From Paraspadella gotoi (lineage: Eukaryota > Animalia > Chaetognatha): a stretch of DNA of 11,923 bases. The stretch spans positions 1-11,923 of the forward strand of contig JBJCIZ010000328.1 of assembly GCA_051294375.1 (NCBI GenBank). Reading direction: 5' to 3'. Positions 9,031-11,923 of the stretch are shown piece by piece. The position numbers were made by a program, and so were the translations under genes. The notes under the pieces are model-generated. The model had not been told where the DNA came from. It ran no database searches and saw only the letters and a program-made list of their open reading frames with translations. Positions within the stretch are counted from its first letter, which is position 1. Every line of letters starts with the position of its first letter.

Positions 9031-9091
9031 GTATCAGATTCAGAAGGGATTTTAATCTTTGGCGTGTTCTCGTCGGGCTCACTGCAGTTAA

Positions 9092-9213
9092 TGTAGAGGC
9101 ACAATAATACACATTTATTGACAGGATAGATAATAGGAACAGAGAGACATTTACAGGTACATGATTTGAGCTGAGACTAAAGCAGTAAGAGAGCGAGGCA
9201 CTGATCAAGTAAA

Positions 9214-9249
<36 letters not shown>

Positions 9250-9337
9250 ATCAGTAACCCTGCTTCCCTCGCAAATGGCTAAACTAGTGGCCAAACTCGG
9301 CGTTGGACCCCGTGGTGACGAAACCTTCGCGCTCACA
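9092..9337 (-). repeat. Middle (shared) LTR copy
   Basis: Homologous to 7475-7713; minus-strand AATAAA at 9114-9119; PPT on one side and PBS on the other. Confidence 0.85.
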
Positions 9338-9351
9338 TCCCCGCCCCCTCG

Positions 9352-10625
9352 AAAGTCCGAAGGACTTGCTTCTTGATGGGTACGTGGCGCGTGGAGAGGA
9401 ACAAACGTTTGTACTGTCCGGTTGGTGGCACGTATCTTCCGGTTGGAGTGGCGCGCGCAAACGGGAGGCATATAAGTTCGTAGAAGGCTGCCAAAGTGGC
9501 GGATGGACCGAAGTAAATCAGGAGGCAAAAGTCAGCTTTTGGGGAGAGGAGCGGCCTGGCGTGCCGTCGATAGCCGGATGGTGACTCCTCCGGAAATGGG
9601 CCGGGAAACATTTGGAGCTAATCGGTTGCAGAGCATTGGAGATTGGCCCATGAGGCTGTGAAAACTGAGGGAGGCCGGCCGAATCCATGGTAGCTGTCGG
9701 GTTGGAGGATTTGGCCGTCTGATTCATACAGCGTCGGGCGGTGAGGTGGTGCTGCGTCCTTAAGCGGGGGTAGGAGGTGTTGGCGCCGCCACGTAAGGTC
9801 GCGTCGGACAGCTTCGTATTGCCGGCAATGGCGACGCCAATGATTGTCGGTGGGATCATTTGGCAAACATGGCGTGATAGCCGCGTGGCATTGAGGACGC
9901 TCGATCGCCTCTGACATGGCATCTGCCACATTTTTTTTGGCCCATGAATTGAGTCTGCGTGGAGACTCAGCCCTTTTTGTCCAAAGTGTAGCAAACTTCC
10001 GCGTTGACCATGATGATGGTGTTCTGTCCCCACGGGCAGTGTCTTCGTATTTAGGAGTGTTGGTGGACAGTAGCCGGCATTCGCGGTTAGGATTGACTGG
10101 TGGCGTTTGTATAGAGAGCATGTACCGTTTTTGACTTTTAAAGTTTCAGGTGGAGGCGTTGCTACATCCTTGATTTCCCCCAGCCAGGAGGGGGCTCTTT
10201 AACAAAGGGCAGCGATCGTTGAAGTTCGTAGGTGATTCCACCTTCCTTGTTGATGATCTGCGTTGCCGAGGGATGTCGTCGTATTTCTTTTTTGAAAAAC
10301 CTTTTGTCACTGTTGGAATTTCAGGTCGGCCCAAAACGATTGCACAAAATTTTTCTTTTTCTCGGCTTTTGGTTTGGAACATGAAGTATTTGAAGAAAGT
10401 TTTTTCATCATCACACAATTCTATACATCGCTTTCCCCATTTTTCATATAACAGGTTAAGCTGTTTGAAAGTTTTTATTTCAAAAATTGTAAGCCGCCAT
10501 TGTCCGAAAGACCCATTGTGCATCTTAGCCGGCTCCATCTTTTGATGATTTTTAAAATTCCATCGTGAAGATTGTCTTCTTTGGTGAAAGCGACCACCGA
10601 GCGCCTTAAACAGTTCATTATTGTA
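9352..10625 (-). pseudogene. Frameshift-fragmented internal ORF of the LTR element, possibly gag-like (unit 2)
   Basis: Same sequence as unit 1 with different indels; fragments include ELFKALGG, LHDGILKIIK, DDEKTFFKYF, KKCGRCHVRG, CLPNDPTDNHWRRHCRQY. Confidence 0.45.
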
Positions 10626-10663
10626 ATCAGATTCAGAAGGGATTTTAATCTTTGGCGCGCTGT

Positions 10664-10681
10664 TCTCAGTCGGGCTCACCA
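10664..10681 (-). promoter_or_regulatory. Primer binding site (TGGTGAGCCCGAC(T)GAGA); degenerate second copy at 9068-9086
   Basis: Starts with TGG (complement of tRNA CCA) 4 nt downstream of the LTR end CTACA. It resembles tRNA-Arg-type PBSs, but the assignment is unverified. Confidence 0.75.
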
Positions 10682-10685
10682 GTTA

Positions 10686-10920
10686 TGTAGAGGCACATAA
10701 TAATCAACATTTATTGGACAGGTTAGATAATATAGGAACAGAGAGACATTCAAGGTTACATGATTTGAGCTAGACTAAACAGAGAGAGCGAGGCACTTGA
10801 TTCAAGTAAGAGAGAGAGAGAGAGAGAGAAGAGAGAGGATCAGTAACTGCTTCCCTCGCAATGGCTAAACATAGTGGCCAACATCGGGTTGACCCGTGGG
10901 ACAAACCATTCGTCGCCACA
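10686..10920 (-). repeat. LTR copy (5' LTR in element orientation)
   Basis: Homologous to the other two; homology stops exactly at cgccaca, followed by the TSD atac. Confidence 0.85.
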
Positions 10921-10958
10921 ATACTAATAAAAATCAAAACTTAATATTAAATGAAAAA

Positions 10959-11440
10959 AACAAGGTTTGAAGCAAAACAAATGTCGGATCTGCCTACGAT
11001 AATTAATTAATTACATTAATCCATTAATTAATTAATTAATTAAATATTTAATATGTAATAATTAATTTTAAATTTATATTCAACTTATCATCATCGATGT
11101 CGCTTAAAATTGGGTTAGGGACAGTTATTAAATATGTTTTGTTTACATTTTTTATCAAAAAACAACAGATATCCTCTATTTTTATTTATGTCTCCTTCTC
11201 TCTCTCTCTCTCACTCACTCTCTCTCTCTCTCTCTCTCTCTTTTTCTGCAATTGCGACGATCTTTATGCTTTTCAGAATTTTTTTACTTGCATCATTTTT
11301 TCACATTAATTAATTCATTAATTCATTAATTAATTAAAACTTTTAGTAATCATTAATATTAAAGATTCAAGTAAAATGTGACTTATGTTTTTCCCATCTA
11401 ACTCATTTCCCCTGGCACAATTCGTCAATACTTTATATAT
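10959..11440 (-). mobile_element. Second, partial copy of the HINE-like element
   Basis: aacaaggtttgaagcaaaacaaatgtcggatctgcctacgat+(taat)n matches 4495-4570. cccatctaactcatttcccctggcacaattcgtcaatacttta (about 11393-11435) matches the 156-bp repeat unit. The other terminus is not seen. Confidence 0.7.
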
Positions 11441-11778
11441 TATTATATATTAATAATATTTAAAAGCTTCAAGTGGCAACAACCCATGAACTAATTCAAA
11501 AAGTTATATTGAAAATCGATTTAGTAGTAAAAGGGAAAAAAAAATTTAAAGAGAAGAAACTAGAAGATTATAAAAAGTGTTTTCTAATTTTTGGCCCCGC
11601 CCCTTTTAAAAACTAGATATAGGCCTTATAGATATATTGCATGTGATAAACATTGTTATCGGAATAATAATTTTATCAATTAAAGTGTATTTGTAAGTTA
11701 TTTTAGTATTTTTATTCAGTGAGTAAAAATAACAACTTTTTTTATTGCTAATTTTTATCTCGGACTCTCTCTCTTTCT

Positions 11779-11815
<37 letters not shown>

Positions 11816-11923
11816 AATTTGCGACGATCCTTATGCTCATTTTAACTGCTCTCTTCTCTCTCTCTCTCTCATCGTCTCTCTCTCTTCATCTCTTTCATTG
11901 CCGACGATCCTTATGCTTTTAGG
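11190..11923. repeat. Compound repeat: (CT)n followed by ttgc(c)gacgatcYttatgct, three copies
   Basis: Motif at about 11252-11270, 11819-11838 and 11898-11917, each preceded by a CT tract. Confidence 0.85.

Larger units (their letters stand above)
7475..10920 (-). mobile_element. Tandem three-LTR non-autonomous LTR retrotransposon (LTR-int-LTR-int-LTR), flanked by a 4-bp TSD ATAC
   Basis: atac|TGTAGA (7471-7474|7475) ... GCCACA|atac (10920|10921-10924). Three homologous LTRs begin at 7475, 9092 and 10686 (periods 1617 and 1594). PBS and PPT abut the LTRs in minus-strand orientation. Confidence 0.88.

Noticed and set aside
7748-10545. Plus-strand ORFs within the repeat units (7748, 8629, 9303, 9916, 10219)
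   Set aside because: Antisense to the element, short, and not consistently preserved between the two units.
7475-10920. Plain 1.6-kb satellite, tandem host gene duplication or circular-virus concatemer
   Set aside because: The array starts and ends exactly on the same TGT...ACA segment with TSD, PBS and PPT, and no Rep or capsid motifs were recognised.

Overview
AT-rich, microsatellite-laden eukaryotic (probably invertebrate animal) genomic DNA that looks indel-error-prone. (1) From about 4283 to beyond position 1 on the minus strand lies a spliced SLC16/monocarboxylate-transporter-like MFS gene. The ORF track misses it; I reconstructed it by hand as 8 exons with GT-AG junctions (the exon 5 donor is ambiguous). 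Exons 1-2 carry four apparent 1-nt frameshifts. (2) 4495-5542 is a non-autonomous Helentron/DINE-1-like (HINE) element, with a second partial copy starting at about 10959. (3) About 5943-6110 is a probable tRNA-derived SINE, and a related GC-richer insert sits at about 290-570; both contain a twister-ribozyme-like motif. (4) 7475-10920 is the most unusual feature: a minus-strand LTR retroelement built as LTR-internal-LTR-internal-LTR. It has about 240-bp TGT...ACA LTRs, a PBS, a PPT and one 4-bp ATAC target-site duplication around the whole array. Its about 1.35-kb internal region holds a broken Cys/His-rich, possibly gag-like ORF and no recognisable pol. The rest is simple repeats and minisatellites.
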